Source of the DNA: Antedon mediterranea | Lineage: Eukaryota; Animalia; Echinodermata | DNA: 64,000 nt | Direction of reading: 5' to 3' | NCBI RefSeq assembly: GCF_964355755.1 | Contig: NC_092670.1 | Location: forward strand, 28,074,388-28,138,387 | Shown here: one piece after another, positions 11,902-26,200 of the stretch | How positions within the stretch are numbered: the stretch's first letter is position 1 | Layout: each line of letters opens with the position of its first letter | The notes under the pieces: generated by a model | What the model was told of the DNA's origin: nothing | Seen by the model: only the letters and a program-made list of their open reading frames with translations | The model's database searches: none | Translations under genes and position numbers: made by a program

Positions 11902-14900
11902 GTTTACAAGTTTTTTCGAAAATCACAAAATGGTCTAAAACGGCTCCAAATGCAATTTGAAGCTATTTTAAGCACTTTGCTGTTTTGTGTGAATAATTTT
12001 TGTCAAAATGCTCAAAATGGTCAAAAACGTTTTTAAATACTATATTAAGCTATTTTGTGCTCTTTGATGTTTTTGTGTGAAAAGTTTTATCGAAATGCTC
12101 AAAATGGTCTAAAACGGTTTCTAATGTGATTTTAAGCACTTTGATGTTTTTATGTTAACAACTTTTTTAGAAAATTACAAAATGGTGTAAAACGTCTCCA
12201 AATGCGATTTGAAGCTATTCTAAGCAATTTGGTGTTTTTATGTTAACAAGTTTTTTCGAAAATCACAAAATGGTCTAAAACGTCTCCAAATGCGATCTGA
12301 AGCTATTCTAAGCACTTTTGTGTTTTTATGTTAACAAGTTTTCTCGAAAATCACAAAATGGTCTAAAATGTCTCCAAATGCGATTTGAAGCTTTTCTAAG
12401 CACTTTGGTGTTTTTATGTTTACAAGTTTTTTTCGAAAATCACAAAAGGGTCTAAAATTTCTCAAAATGCGATTTGAAGCTATTCTGTACACTTTGATGT
12501 TTTTATGTTAACAAGTTTTTTCGAAAGTCACAAAATGGTCTAAAACGTATCCAAATGCGATTTGAAGCTATTCTAAGCACTTTGGTGTTTTTATGTTAAC
12601 AAGTTTTTTCGAAAATCACAAAATGGTGTAAAACGTCTCTAAATGCGATTTGAAGCTATTCTAAGCACTTTGGTGTTTTTATGTTAACAAGTTTTTTCGA
12701 AAATCACAAAATGGTATAAAACGTCTCCAAATGCGATTTTAAGGTATTTTAAGCACTTTGATGTTTTTATGTTAACGAGTTTTTTCGAAAATCACAAAAT
12801 GGTCTAAAACGTCTCCAAATGCGATTTGAAACTATTTTAAGCACTTTGGTGTTTTTGTGTAACCAAGTTTTTTCGAAAATCACAAAAGGGTCTAAAATGT
12901 CTCCAAATGCGATTTGAAGCTATTCTGTACACTTTGCTGTTTTTATGGTAATTTATTTCGAAAATCACAAAATGGTCGAAAATGTCACAAAATGCGATTT
13001 TAAGCTATTCTAAGCACTTTGGTGTTTTTATGTTAACAAGTTTTTTCGAAAATCACAAAATGGTCTAAAACGTCTCCAAATGCGATTTGAAGCTATTCTG
13101 TACACTTTGCTGTTTTGTGTGAATAATTTTTGTTGAAATGCTCAAAATGGTCAAAAACGTTTTTAAATACGATATTAAGCTATTTTGTGCTCTTTGATGT
13201 TTTTGTGTGAAAAGTTTTATCGAAATGCTCAAAATGGTCTAAAACGGTTTCTAATGTGATTTTAAGCACTTTGGTGTTTTTATGTTAACAAGTTTTTTCG
13301 AAAATCACAAAATGGGCTAAAACGTCTCCAAATGTGATTTGAAGCTATTCTAAACACTTTGGTGTTTTTATGTTAAAAAGTTTTTTCGAAAATCACAAAT
13401 TGGTCTAAAACGTCTCCAAATGCGATTTGAAGCTATTTTAAGCACTTTGGTATTTTTGTGTAACCAAGTTTTTTCGAAAATCACAAAAGGGTCTAAAATG
13501 TCTCAAAATGCGATTTGAAGCTATTCTGTACACTTTGATGTTTTTATGTTAACAAGTTTTTTCGAAAGTCACAAAATGGTCTAAAACGTATCCAAATGCG
13601 ATTAGAAGCTATTCTAAGCACTTTGGTGTTTTTATGTTAACAAGTTTTTTCGAAAATCACAAAATGGTCTAAAACGTATCCAAATGCGATTTGAAGCTAT
13701 TCTAAGCACTTTGGTGTTTTTATGTTAACAAGTTTTTTCGAAAATCACAAAATGGTCTAAAACGTCTCCAAATGCGATTTTAAGCTATTCTAAGCAATTT
13801 GGTGTTTTTATGTTAACAAGTTTTTTCGAAAATCACAAAATGGTCTAAAACGTCTCCAAATGCGATTTGAAGCTATTCTGTACACTTTGCTGTTTTGTGT
13901 GAATAATTTTTGTCGAAATGCTCAAAATGGTCAAAAACGTTTTTGAATACGATATTAAGCTATTTTGTGCTCTTTGATGTTTTTGTGTGGTAAGTTTTAT
14001 CGAAATGCTCAAAATGGTCTAAAACGGTTTCTAATGTGATTTTAAGCACTTTGATGTTTTTATGTTGACAACTTTTTTAGAAAATCACAAAATGGTCTAA
14101 AACGTCTCCAAATGCGATTTGAAGCAATTCTAAGCACTTTGGTGTTTTTATGGTAACGAGTTTTTTTGAATATCACAAAATGGTCTAAAATGTCTCCAAA
14201 TGCGATTTGAAGCTTTTCTAAGCACTTTGGTGTTTTTATGTTTACAAGTTTTTTCGAAAATCACAAAAATGGTCTAAAACGGCTCCAAATACGATTTGAA
14301 GCTATTCTAAGCACTTTGGTGTTTTTATGTTAACAAGTTTTTTCGAAAATCACAAAATGGTCTAAAACGTCTCCAAATGCGATTTGAAGCTATTCTAAGC
14401 ACTTTGGTGTTTTTATGTTAACAAGTTTTTTCGAAAATCACAAAATGGTGTAAAACGTCTCCAAATGCGATTTGAAGCTATTCTAAGCAATTTTGTGTTT
14501 TTATGTTAACAAGTTTTTTCGAAAATCACAAAATGGTCTAAAACGTCTCCAAATGCGATTTGAAGCTATTCTAAGCACTTTTGTGTTTTTATGTTAACAA
14601 GTTTTTTCGAAAATCACAAAATGGTCTAAAATGTCTCAAAATGCGATTTGAAGCTATTCTGTACACTTTGCTGTTTTGTGTGAATAATTTTTGTCAAAAT
14701 GCTCAAAATGGTCAAAAACGTTTTTAAATACTATATTAAGCTATTTTGTGTTCTTTGATGTTTTTGTGTGAAAAGTTTTTTCGAAATGCTCAAAATGGTC
14801 TAAAACGGTTTCTAATGTGATTTTAAGCACTTTGATGTTTTTATGTTAACAACTTTTTTAGAAAATTACAAAATGGTCTAAAACGTCTCCAAATGCAATT

Positions 14901-17271
14901 TGAAGCAATTCTAAGCACTTTGGTGTTTTTATGTTAACAAGTTTTTTCGAAAATCACAAAATGGTCTAAAACGTCTCCAAATGCGATTTGAAGCTATTCT
15001 GTACACTTTGCTGTTTTGTGTGAATAATTTTTGTTGAAATGCTCAAAATGGTCAAAAACGTTTTTAAATACGATATTAAGCTATTTTGTGCTCTTTGATG
15101 TTTTTGTGTGAAAAGTTTTATCGAAATGCTCAAAATGGTCTAAAACGGTTTCTAATGTGATTTTAAGCACTTTGGTGTTTTTATGTTAACAAGTTTTTTC
15201 GAAAATCACAAAATGGTCTAAAACGTCTCCAAATGTGATTTGAAGCTATTCTAAACACTTTGGTGTTTTTATGTTAACAAGTTTTTTCGAAAATCACAAA
15301 TTGGTCTAAAACGTCTCCAAATGCGATTTGAAGCTATTTTAAGCACTTTGGTGTTTTTGTGTAACCAAGTTTTTTCGAAAATCACAAAAGGGTCTAAAAT
15401 GTCTCAAAATGCGATTTGAAGCTATTCTGTACACTTTGATGTTTTTTTGTTAACAAGTTTTTTCGAAAGTCTCAAAATGGTCTAAAAAGTCTCCAAATGC
15501 GATTTGAAGCTATTCTAAGCACTTTGGTGTTTTTATGTTAACAAGTTTTATCGAAAATCACAAAATGGTGTAAAACGTCTCCAAATGCGATTTGAAGCTA
15601 TTCTAAGCACTTTGGTGTTTTTATGTTAACAAGTTTTTTCGAAAATCACAAAATGGTCTAAAACGTCTCCAAATGCGATTTTAAGCTATTCTAAGCAATT
15701 TGGTGTTTTTATGTTAACAAGTTTTTTCGAAAATCACAAAATGGTCTAAAACGTCTCCAAATGCGATTTGAAGCTATTCTGTACACTTTGCTGTTTTGTG
15801 AGAATAATTTTTGTCGAAATGCTCAAAATGGTCAAAAACGTTTTTAAATACGATATTAAGCTATTTTGTGCTCTTTGATGTTTTTGTGTGAAAAGTTTTA
15901 TCGAAATGCTCAAAATGGTCTAAAACGGTTTCTAATGTGATTTTAAGCACTTTGATGTTTTTATGTTAACAACTTTTTTAGAAAATTACAAAATGGTGTA
16001 AAACGTCTCCAAATGCGATTTGAAGCTATTCTAAGCAATTTCGTGTTTTTATGTTAACAAGTTTTTTCGAAAATCACAAAATGGTCTAAAACGTCTCCAA
16101 ATGCGATTTGAAGCTATTCTAAGCACTTTTGTGTTTTTATGTTAACAAGTTTTTTCGAAAATCACAAAATGGTCTAAAATGTCTCCAAATGCGATTTTAA
16201 GGTATTCTAAGCACTTTGGTGTTTTTATGTTAACAAGTTTTTTCGAAAATCACAAAATGGTCTAAAACGTCTCCAAATGCGATTTGAAGCTATTCTAAGC
16301 ACTTTGGTGTTTTTATGTTAACAAGTTTTTTCGAAAATCACAAAATGGTGTAAAACTTCTCCAAATACGATTTTAAGCTATTCTAAGCAATTTGGTGTTT
16401 TTATGTTAACAAGTTTTTTCGAAAATCACAAAATGGTATAAAACGTCTCCAAATACGATTTGAAGCAATTCTAAGCACTTTGGTGTTTTTATGTTAACAA
16501 GTTTTTTCGAAAATTACAAAATGGTATAAAACGTCTCCAAATGCGATTTGAAGATTTTCTAAGCACTTTGGTGTTTTTATGTTTACAAGTTTTTTCGAAA
16601 ATCACAAAATGGTCTAAAACGTCTCCAAATGCGATTTGAAGCTATTCTGTACACTTTGCTGTTTTGTGTGAATAATTTTGTCAAAATGCTCAAAATGGTC
16701 AAAAACGTTTTTAAATACTATATTAAGCTATTTTGTGTTCTTTGATGTTTTTGTGTGAAAAGTTTTATCGAAATGCTCAAAATGGTCTAAAACGGTTTCT
16801 AATGAAATGATTTTAAGAACTTTGATGTTTTTATGTTAACAACTTTTTTAGAAAATCACAAAATGGTCTAAAACGTCTCCAAATGCGATTTGAAGCAATT
16901 CTAAGCACTTTGGTGTTTTTATGTTAACAAGTTTTTTCGAAAATCACAAAATGGTATAAAACCTCTCCAAATGCGATTTTAAGGTATTCTAAGCACTTTG
17001 GTGTTTTTATGTTAACAAGTTTTTTCGAAAATCACAAAATGGTCTAAAACGTCTACAAATGCGATTTGAAGCTATTCTAAGCACTTTGGTGTTTTTATGT
17101 TAACAAGTTTTTTCGAAAATCACAAAATGGTATAAAACGTCTCCAAATGAGATTTTAAGGTATTCTAAGCACTTTGGTGTTTTTATGTTAACAAGTTTTT
17201 TCGAAAATCACAAAATGGTCTAAAACGTCTACAAATGCGATTTGAAGCTATTCTAAGCACTTTGGTGTTTT

Positions 17272-20200
17272 TATGTTAACAAGTTTTTTCGAAAATCACA
17301 AAATGGTCTAAAACGTCTCCAAATGCGATTTGAAGCTATTCTGTACACTTTGCTGTTTTGTGTGAATAATTTTTGTCGAAATGCTCAAAATGGTCAAAAA
17401 CGTTTTTAAATACGATATTAAGCTATTTTGTGCTCTTTGATGTTTTTGTGTGAAAAGTTTTATCGAAATGCTCAAAATGGTCTAAAACGGTTTCTAATGT
17501 GATTTTAAGCACTTTGATGTTTTTATGTTAACAACTTTTTTAGAAAATCACAAAATGGTCTAAAACGTCTCCAAATGCGATTTGAAGCAATTCTAAGCAC
17601 TTTGGTGTTTTTATGGTAACGAGTTTTTTTGAATATCACAAAATGGTCTAAAATGTCTCCAAATGCGATTTGAAGCTATTCTGTACACTTTGATGTTTTT
17701 TTGTTAACAAGTTTTTTCGAAAGTCACAAAATGGTCTAAAACGTCTCCAAATGCGATTTGAAACTATTCTAAGCACTTTGGTGTTTTTATGTTAACAAGT
17801 TTTTTCGAAAATCACAAAATGGGGTAAAACGTCTCCAAATGCGATTTGAAGCTATTCTAAGCACTTTGGTGTTTTTATGTTAACAAGTTTTTTCGAAAAT
17901 CACAAAATGGTGTAAAACTTCTCCAAATACGATTTTAAGCTATTCTAAGCAATTTGGTGTTTTTATGTTAACAAGTTTTTTCGAAAATCACAAAATGGTC
18001 TAAAACGTCTCCAAATGCGATTTGAAGCTATTCTGTACACTTTGCTGTTTTGTGTGAATAATTTTTGTTGAAATGCTCAAAATGGTCAAAAACGTTTTTA
18101 AATACTATATTAAGCTATTTTGTGCTCTTTGATGTTTTTGTGTGAAAAGTTTTATCGAAATGCTCAAAATGGTCTAAAACGGTTTCTAATGTGATTTTAA
18201 GCACTTTGATGTTTTTATGTTAACAACTTTTTTAGAAAATTACAAAATGGTGTAAAACGTCTCCAAATGCGATTTGAAGCTATTCTAAGCACTTTGGTGT
18301 TTTTATGGTAACGAGTTTTTTTGAATATCACAAAATGGTCTAAAATGTCTCCAAATGCGATTTGAAGCTTTTCTAAGCACTTTGGTGTTTTTATGTTAAC
18401 AAGTTTTTTCGAAAATCACAAAATGGTCTAAAACGTCTCCAAATGTGATTTGAAGCTATTCTAAACACTTTGGTGTTTTTATGTTAACAAGTTTTTTCGA
18501 AAATCACAAATTGGTCTAAAACGTCTCCAAATGCGATTTGAAGCTAGTTTAAGCACTTTGGTGTTTTTGTGTAACCAAGTTTTTTCGAAAATCACAAAAG
18601 GGTCTAAAATGTCTCAAAATGCGATTTGAAGCTATTCTGTACACTTTGATGTTTTTTTTGTTAACAAGTTTTTTCGAAAGTCACAAAATGGTCTAAAACG
18701 TCTCCAAATGCGATTTGAAGCTATTCTAAGCACTTTGGTGTTTTTATGTTAACAAGTTTTTTCGAAAATCACAAAATGGTGTAAAACGTCTCCAAATGCG
18801 ATTTGAAGCTATTCTAAGCAATTTGGTGTTTTTATGTTAACAAGTTTTTTCGAAAATCACAAAATGGTGTAAAACGTCTCCAAATGCGATTTTAAGCTAT
18901 TCTAAGCAATTTGGTGTTTTTTTATGTTAACAAGTTTTTTCGAAAATCACAAAATGGTCTAAAACGTCTCCAAATGCGATTTGAAGCTATTCTGTACACT
19001 TTGCTGTTTTGTGAGAATAATTTTTGTCGAAATGCTCAAAATGGTCAAAAACGTTTTTAAATACGATATTAAGCTATTTTGTGCTCTTTGATGTTTTTGT
19101 GTGAAAAGTTTTATCGAAATGCTCAAAATGGTCTAAAACGGTTTCTAATGTGATTTTAAGCACTTTGGTGTTTTTATGTTAACAAGTTTTTTCGAAAATC
19201 ACAAAATGGTCTAAAACGTCTCCAAATGTGATTTGAAGCTATTCAAAACACTTTGGTGTTTTTATGTTAACAAGTTTTTTCGAAAATCACAAATTGGTCT
19301 AAAACGTCTCCAAATGCGATTTGAAGTTATTTTAAGCACTTTGGTGTTTTTGTGTAACCAAGTTTTTTCGAAAATCACAAAAGGGTCTAAAATGTCTCAA
19401 AATGCGATTTGAAGCTATTCTGTACACTTTGATGTTTTTTTGTTAACAAGTTTTTTCGAAAATCACAAAATGGTCTAAAACGTCTCCAAATGCGATTTGA
19501 AGCTATTCTGTACACTTTGCTGTTTTGTGTGAATAATTTTTGTCGAAATGCTCAAAGTGGTCAAAAACGTTTTTAAATACGATATTAAGCTATTTTGTGC
19601 TCTTTGATGTTTTTGTGTGAAAAGTTTTATCGAAATGCTCAAAATGGTCTAAAACGGTTTCTAATGTGATTTTAAGCACTTTGATGTTTTTATGTTAACA
19701 ACTTTTTTAGAAAATCACAAAATGGTCTAAAACGTCTCCAAATGCGATTTGAAGTAATTCTAAGCACTTTGGTGTTTTTATGGTAACGAGTTTTTTTGAA
19801 TATCACAAAATGGTCTAAAATTTCTCCAAATGCGATTTGAAGCTTTTCTAAGCACTTTAGTGTTTTTATGGTAACGAGTTATTTCGAAAATCACAAAATG
19901 GTCTAAAACGTCTCCAAATGCGATTTGAAGCTATTCTGTACACTTTGCTGTTTTGTGTGAATAATTTTTGTCAAAATGCTCAAAATGGTCAAAAACGTTT
20001 TTAAATACTATATTAAGCTATTTTGTGTTCTTTGATGTTTTTGTGTGAAAAGTTTTTTCGAAATGCTCAAAATGGTCTAAAACGGTTTCTAATGTGATTT
20101 TAAGCACTTTGATGTTTTTATGTTAACAACTTTTTTAGAAAATTACAAAATGGTCTAAAACGTCTCCAAATGCGATTTGAAGCAATTCTAAGCACTTTGG

Positions 20201-23200
20201 TGTTTTTATGTTAACAAGTTTTTTCGAAAATCACAAAATGGTCTAAAACGTCTCCAAATGCGATTTGAAGCTATTCTGTACACTTTGCTGTTTTGTGTGA
20301 ATAATTTTTGTTGAAATGCTCAAAATGGTCAAAAACGTTTTTAAATACGATATTAAGCTATTTTGTGCTCTTTGATGTTTTTGTGTGAAAAGTTTTATCG
20401 AAATGCTCAAAATGGTCTAAAACGGTTTCTAATGTGATTTTAAGCACTTTGGTGTTTTTATGTTAACAAGTTTTTTCGAAATTCACAAAATGGTCTAAAA
20501 TGTCTCCAAATGCGATTTGAAGCTTTTCTAAGCACTTTGGTGTTTTTATGTTAACAAGTTTTTTCGAAAATCACAAAATGGTCTAAAACGTCTCCAAATG
20601 TGATTTGAAGCTATTCTAAACACTTTGGTGTTTTTATGTTAACAAGTTTTTTCGAAAATCACAAATTGGTCTAAAACGTCTCCAAATGCGATTTGAAGCT
20701 ATTTTAAGCACTTTGGTGTTTTTGTGTAACCAAGTTTTTTCGAAAATCACAAAAGGGTCTAAAATGTCTCAAAATGCGATTTGAAGCTATTCTGTACACT
20801 TTGATGTTTTTTTGTTAACAAGTTTTTTCGAAAGTCACAAAATGGTCTAAAAAGTCTCCAAATGCGATTTGAAGCTATTCTAAGCACTTTGGTGTTTTTA
20901 TGTTAACAAGTTTTATCGAAAATCACAAAATGGTGTAAAACGTCTCCAAATGCGATTTGAAGCTATTCTAAGCACTTTGGTGTTTTTATGTTAACAAGTT
21001 TTTTCGAAAATCACAAAATGGTGTAAAACGTCTCCAAATGCGATTTTAAGCTATTCTAAGCAATTTGGTGTTTTTATGTTAACAAGTTTTTTCGAAAATC
21101 ACAAAATGGTCTAAAACGTCTCCAAATGCGATTTGAAGCTATTCTGTACACTTTGCTGTTTTGTGAGAATAATTTTTGTCGAAATGCTCAAAATGGTCAA
21201 AAACGTTTTTAAATACGATATTAAGCTATTTTGTGCTCTTTGATGTTTTTGTGTGAAAAGTTTTATCGAAATGCTCAAAATGGTCTAAAACGGTTTCTAA
21301 TGTGATTTTAAGCACTTTGATGTTTTTATGTTAACAACTTTTTTAGAAAATTACAAAATGGTGTAAAACGTCTCCAAATGCGATTTGAAGCTATTCTAAG
21401 CAATTTCGTGTTTTTATGTTAACAAGTTTTTTCGAAAATCACAAAATGGTCTAAAACGTCTCCAAATGCGATTTGAAGCTATTCTAAGCACTTTTGTGTT
21501 TTTATGTTAACAAGTTTTTTCGAAAATCACAAAATGGTCTAAAATGTCTCCAAATGCGATTTTAAGGTATTCTAAGCACTTTGGTGTTTTTATGTTAACA
21601 AGTTTTTTCGAAAATCACAAAATGGTCTAAAACGTCTACAAATGCGATTTGAAGCTCTTCTAAGCACTTTGGTGTTTTTATGTTAACAAGTTTTTTCGAA
21701 AATCACAAAATGGTATAAAACGTCTCCAAATGCGATTTGAAGATTTTCTAAGCACTTTGGTGTTTTTATGTTTACAAGTTTTTTCGAAAATCACAAAATG
21801 GTCTAAAACGTCTCCAAATGCGATTTGAAGCTATTCTGTACACTTTGCTGTTTTGTGTGAATAATTTTGTCAAAATGCTCAAAATGGTCAAAAACGTTTT
21901 TAAATACTATATTAAGCTATTTTGTGTTCTTTGATGTTTTTGTGTGAAAAGTTTTATCGAAATGCTCAAAATGGTCTAAAACGGTTTCTAATGAAATGAT
22001 TTTAAGAACTTTGATGTTTTTATGTTAACAACTTTTTTAGAAAATCACAAAATGGTCTAAAACGTCTCCAAATGCGATTTGAAGCAATTCTAAGCACTTT
22101 GGTGTTTTTATGTTAACAAGTTTTTTCGAAAATCACAAAATGGTATAAAACGTCTCCAAATGCGATTTTAAGGTATTCTAAGCACTTTGGTGATTTTATG
22201 TTAACAAGTTTTTTCGAAAATCACAAAATGGTCTAAAACGTCTACAAATGCGATTTGAAGCTATTCTAAGCACTTTGGTGTTTTTATGTTAACAAGTTTT
22301 TTCGAAAATCACAAAATGGTATAAAACGTCTCCAAATGCGATTTTAAGCTATTCTAAGCAATTTGGTGTTTTTATGTTAACAAGTTTTTTCGAAAATCAC
22401 AAAATGGTCGAAAATGTCACAAAATGCGATTTGAAGCTATTCTAAGCACTTTGGTGTTATTATGTTAACAAGTTTTTTCGAAAATCACAAATTGGTCTAA
22501 AACGTCTCCAAATGCGATTTGAAGCTATTTTAAGCACTTTGGTGTTTTTGTGTAACCAAGTTTTTTCGAAAATCACAAAAGGGTCTAAAATGTCTCAAAA
22601 TGCGATTTGAAGCTATTCTGTACACTTTGATGTTTTTTTGTTAACAAGTTTTTTCGAAAGTCACAAAATGGTCTAAAACGTCTCCAAATGCGATTTGAAG
22701 CTATTCTAAGCACTTTGGTGTTTTTATGTTAACAAGTTTTTTCGAAAATCACAAAATGGTGTAAAACGTCTCCAAATGCGATTTGAAGCTATTCTAAGCA
22801 CTTTGGTGTTTTTATGTTAACAAGTTTTTTCGAAAATCACAAAATGGTGTAAAACTTCTCCAAATACGATTTTAAGCTATTCTAAGCAATTTGGTGTTTT
22901 TATGTTAACAAGTTTTTTCGAAAATCACAAAATGGTCTAAAACGTCTCCAAATGCGATTTGAAGCTATTCTGTACACTTTGCTGTTTTGTGTGAATAATT
23001 TTTGTTGAAATGCTCAAAATGGTCAAAAACGTTTTTAAATACTATATTAAGCTATTTTGTGTTCTTTGATGTTTTTGTGTGAAAAGTTTTATCGAAATGC
23101 TCAAAATGGTCTAAAACAGTTTCTAATGTGATTTTAAGCACTTTGATGTTTTTATGTTAACAACTTTTTTAGAAAATCACAAAATGGTCTAAAACGTCTC

Positions 23201-26200
23201 CAAATGCGATTTGAAGCAATTCTAAGCACTTTGGTGCTTTTATGTTAACAAGTTTTTTCGAAAATCACAAAATGGTATAAAACGTCTCCAAATGCGATTT
23301 GAAGCAATTCTAAGCACTTTGGTGTTTTTATGTTAACAAGTTTTTTCGAAAATCACAAAATGGTATAAAACGTCTCCAAATGCGATTTGAAGCTATTCTA
23401 AGCACTTTGGTGTTTTATGTTAACAAGTTTTTTCGAAAATCACAAAATGGTCTAAAACGTCTCCAAATGCGATTTGAAGCTATTCTGTACACTTTGCTGT
23501 TTTGTGTGAATAATTTTTGTCGAAATGCTCAAAATGGTCAAAAACGTTTTTAAATACGATATTAAGCTATTTTGTGCTCTTTGATGTTTTTGTGTGAAAA
23601 GTTTTATCGAAATGCTCAAAATGGTCTAAAACGGTTTCTAATGTGATTTTAAGCACTTTGATGTTTTTATGTTAACAACTTTTTTAGAAAATCACAAAAT
23701 GGTCTAAAACGTCTCCAAATGCGATTTGAAGCAATTCTAAGCACTTTGGTGTTTTTATGGTAACGAGTTTTTTTGAATATCACAAAATGGTCTAAAATGT
23801 CTCCAAATGCGATTTGAAGCTATTCTGTACACTTTGATGTTTTTTTGTTAACAAGTTTTTTCGAAAGTCACAAAATGGTCTAAAACGTCTCCAAATGCGA
23901 TTTGAAACTATTCTAAGCACTTTGGTGTTTTTATGTTAACAAGTTTTTTCGAAAATCACAAAATGGGGTAAAACGTCTCCAAATGCGATTTGAAGCTATT
24001 CTAAGCACTTTGGTGTTTTTATGTTAACAAGTTTTTTCGAAAATCACAAAATGGTGTAAAACTTCTCCAAATACGATTTTAAGCTATTCTAAGCAATTTG
24101 GTGTTTTTATGTTAACAAGTTTTTTCGAAAATCACAAAATGGTCTAAAACGTCTCCAAATGCGATTTGAAGCTATTCTGTACACTTTGCTGTTTTGTGTG
24201 AATAATTTTTGTTGAAATGCTCAAAATGGTCAAAAACGTTTTTAAATACTATATTAAGCTATTTTGTGCTCTTTGATGTTTTTGTGTGAAAAGTTTTATC
24301 GAAATGCTCAAAATGGTCTAAAACGGTTTCTAATGTGATTTTAAGCACTTTGATGTTTTTATGTTAACAACTTTTTTAGAAAATTACAAAATGGTGTAAA
24401 ACGTCTCCAAATGCGATTTGAAGCTATTCTAAGCACTTTGGTGTTTTTATGGTAACGAGTTTTTTTGAATATCACAAAATGGTCTAAAATGTCTCCAAAT
24501 GCGATTTGAAGCTTTTCTAAGCACTTTGGTGTTTTTATGTTAACAAGTTTTTTCGAAAATCACAAAATGGTCTAAAACGTCTCCAAATGTGATTTGAAGC
24601 TATTCTAAACACTTTGGTGTTTTTATGTTAACAAGTTTTTTCGAAAATCACAAATTGGTCTAAAACGTCTCCAAATGCGATTTGAAGCTAGTTTAAGCAC
24701 TTTGGTGTTTTTGTGTAACCAAGTTTTTTCGAAAATCACAAAAGGGTCTAAAATGTCTCAAAATGCGATTTGAAGCTATTCTGTACACTTTGATGTTTTT
24801 TTTGTTAACAAGTTTTTTCGAAAGTCACAAAATGGTCTAAAACGTCTCCAAATGCGATTTGAAGCTATTCTAAGCACTTTGGTGTTTTTATGTTAACAAG
24901 TTTTTTCGAAAATCACAAAATGGTGTAAAACGTCTCCAAATGCGATTTGAAGCTATTCTAAGCAATTTGGTGTTTTTATGTTAACAAGTTTTTTCGAAAA
25001 TCACAAAATGGTGTAAAACGTCTCCAAATGCGATTTTAAGCTATTCTAAGCAATTTGGTGTTTTTTTATGTTAACAAGTTTTTTCGAAAATCACAAAATG
25101 GTCTAAAACGTCTCCAAATGCGATTTGAAGCTATTCTGTACACTTTGCTGTTTTGTGAGAATAATTTTTGTCGAAATGCTCAAAATGGTCAAAAACGTTT
25201 TTAAATACGATATTAAGCTATTTTGTGCTCTTTGATGTTTTTGTGTGAAAAGTTTTATCGAAATGCTCAAAATGGTCTAAAACGGTTTCTAATGTGATTT
25301 TAAGCACTTTGGTGTTTTTATGTTAACAAGTTTTTTCGAAAATCACAAAATGGTCTAAAACGTCTCCAAATGTGATTTGAAGCTATTCAAAACACTTTGG
25401 TGTTTTTATGTTAACAAGTTTTTTCGAAAATCACAAATTGGTCTAAAACGTCTCCAAATGCGATTTGAAGTTATTTTAAGCACTTTGGTGTTTTTGTGTA
25501 ACCAAGTTTTTTCGAAAATCACAAAAGGGTCTAAAATGTCTCAAAATGCGATTTGAAGCTATTCTGTACACTTTGATGTTTTTTTGTTAACAAGTTTTTT
25601 CGAAAATCACAAAATGGTCTAAAACGTCTCCAAATGCGATTTGAAGCTATTCTGTACACTTTGCTGTTTTGTGTGAATAATTTTTGTCGAAATGCTCAAA
25701 GTGGTCAAAAACGTTTTTAAATACGATATTAAGCTATTTTGTGCTCTTTGATGTTTTTGTGTGAAAAGTTTTATCGAAATGCTCAAAATGGTCTAAAACG
25801 GTTTCTAATGTGATTTTAAGCACTTTGATGTTTTTATGTTAACAACTTTTTTAGAAAATCACAAAATGGTCTAAAACGTCTCCAAATGCGATTTGAAGTA
25901 ATTCTAAGCACTTTGGTGTTTTTATGGTAACGAGTTTTTTTGAATATCACAAAATGGTCTAAAATTTCTCCAAATGCGATTTGAAGCTTTTCTAAGCACT
26001 TTAGTGTTTTTATGGTAACGAGTTATTTCGAAAATCACAAAATGGTCTAAAACGTCTCCAAATGCGATTTGAAGCTATTCTGTACACTTTGCTGTTTTGT
26101 GTGAATAATTTTTGTCAAAATGCTCAAAATGGTCAAAAACGTTTTTAAATACTATATTAAGCTATTTTGTGTTCTTTGATGTTTTTGTGTGAAAAGTTTT

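Noticed and set aside
14261-14270. Single-base homopolymer length differences (e.g. tcacaaaaat) as biological variants
   Set aside because: Singletons in homopolymer runs cannot be told apart from sequencing error. I used only variants shared between copies as markers.
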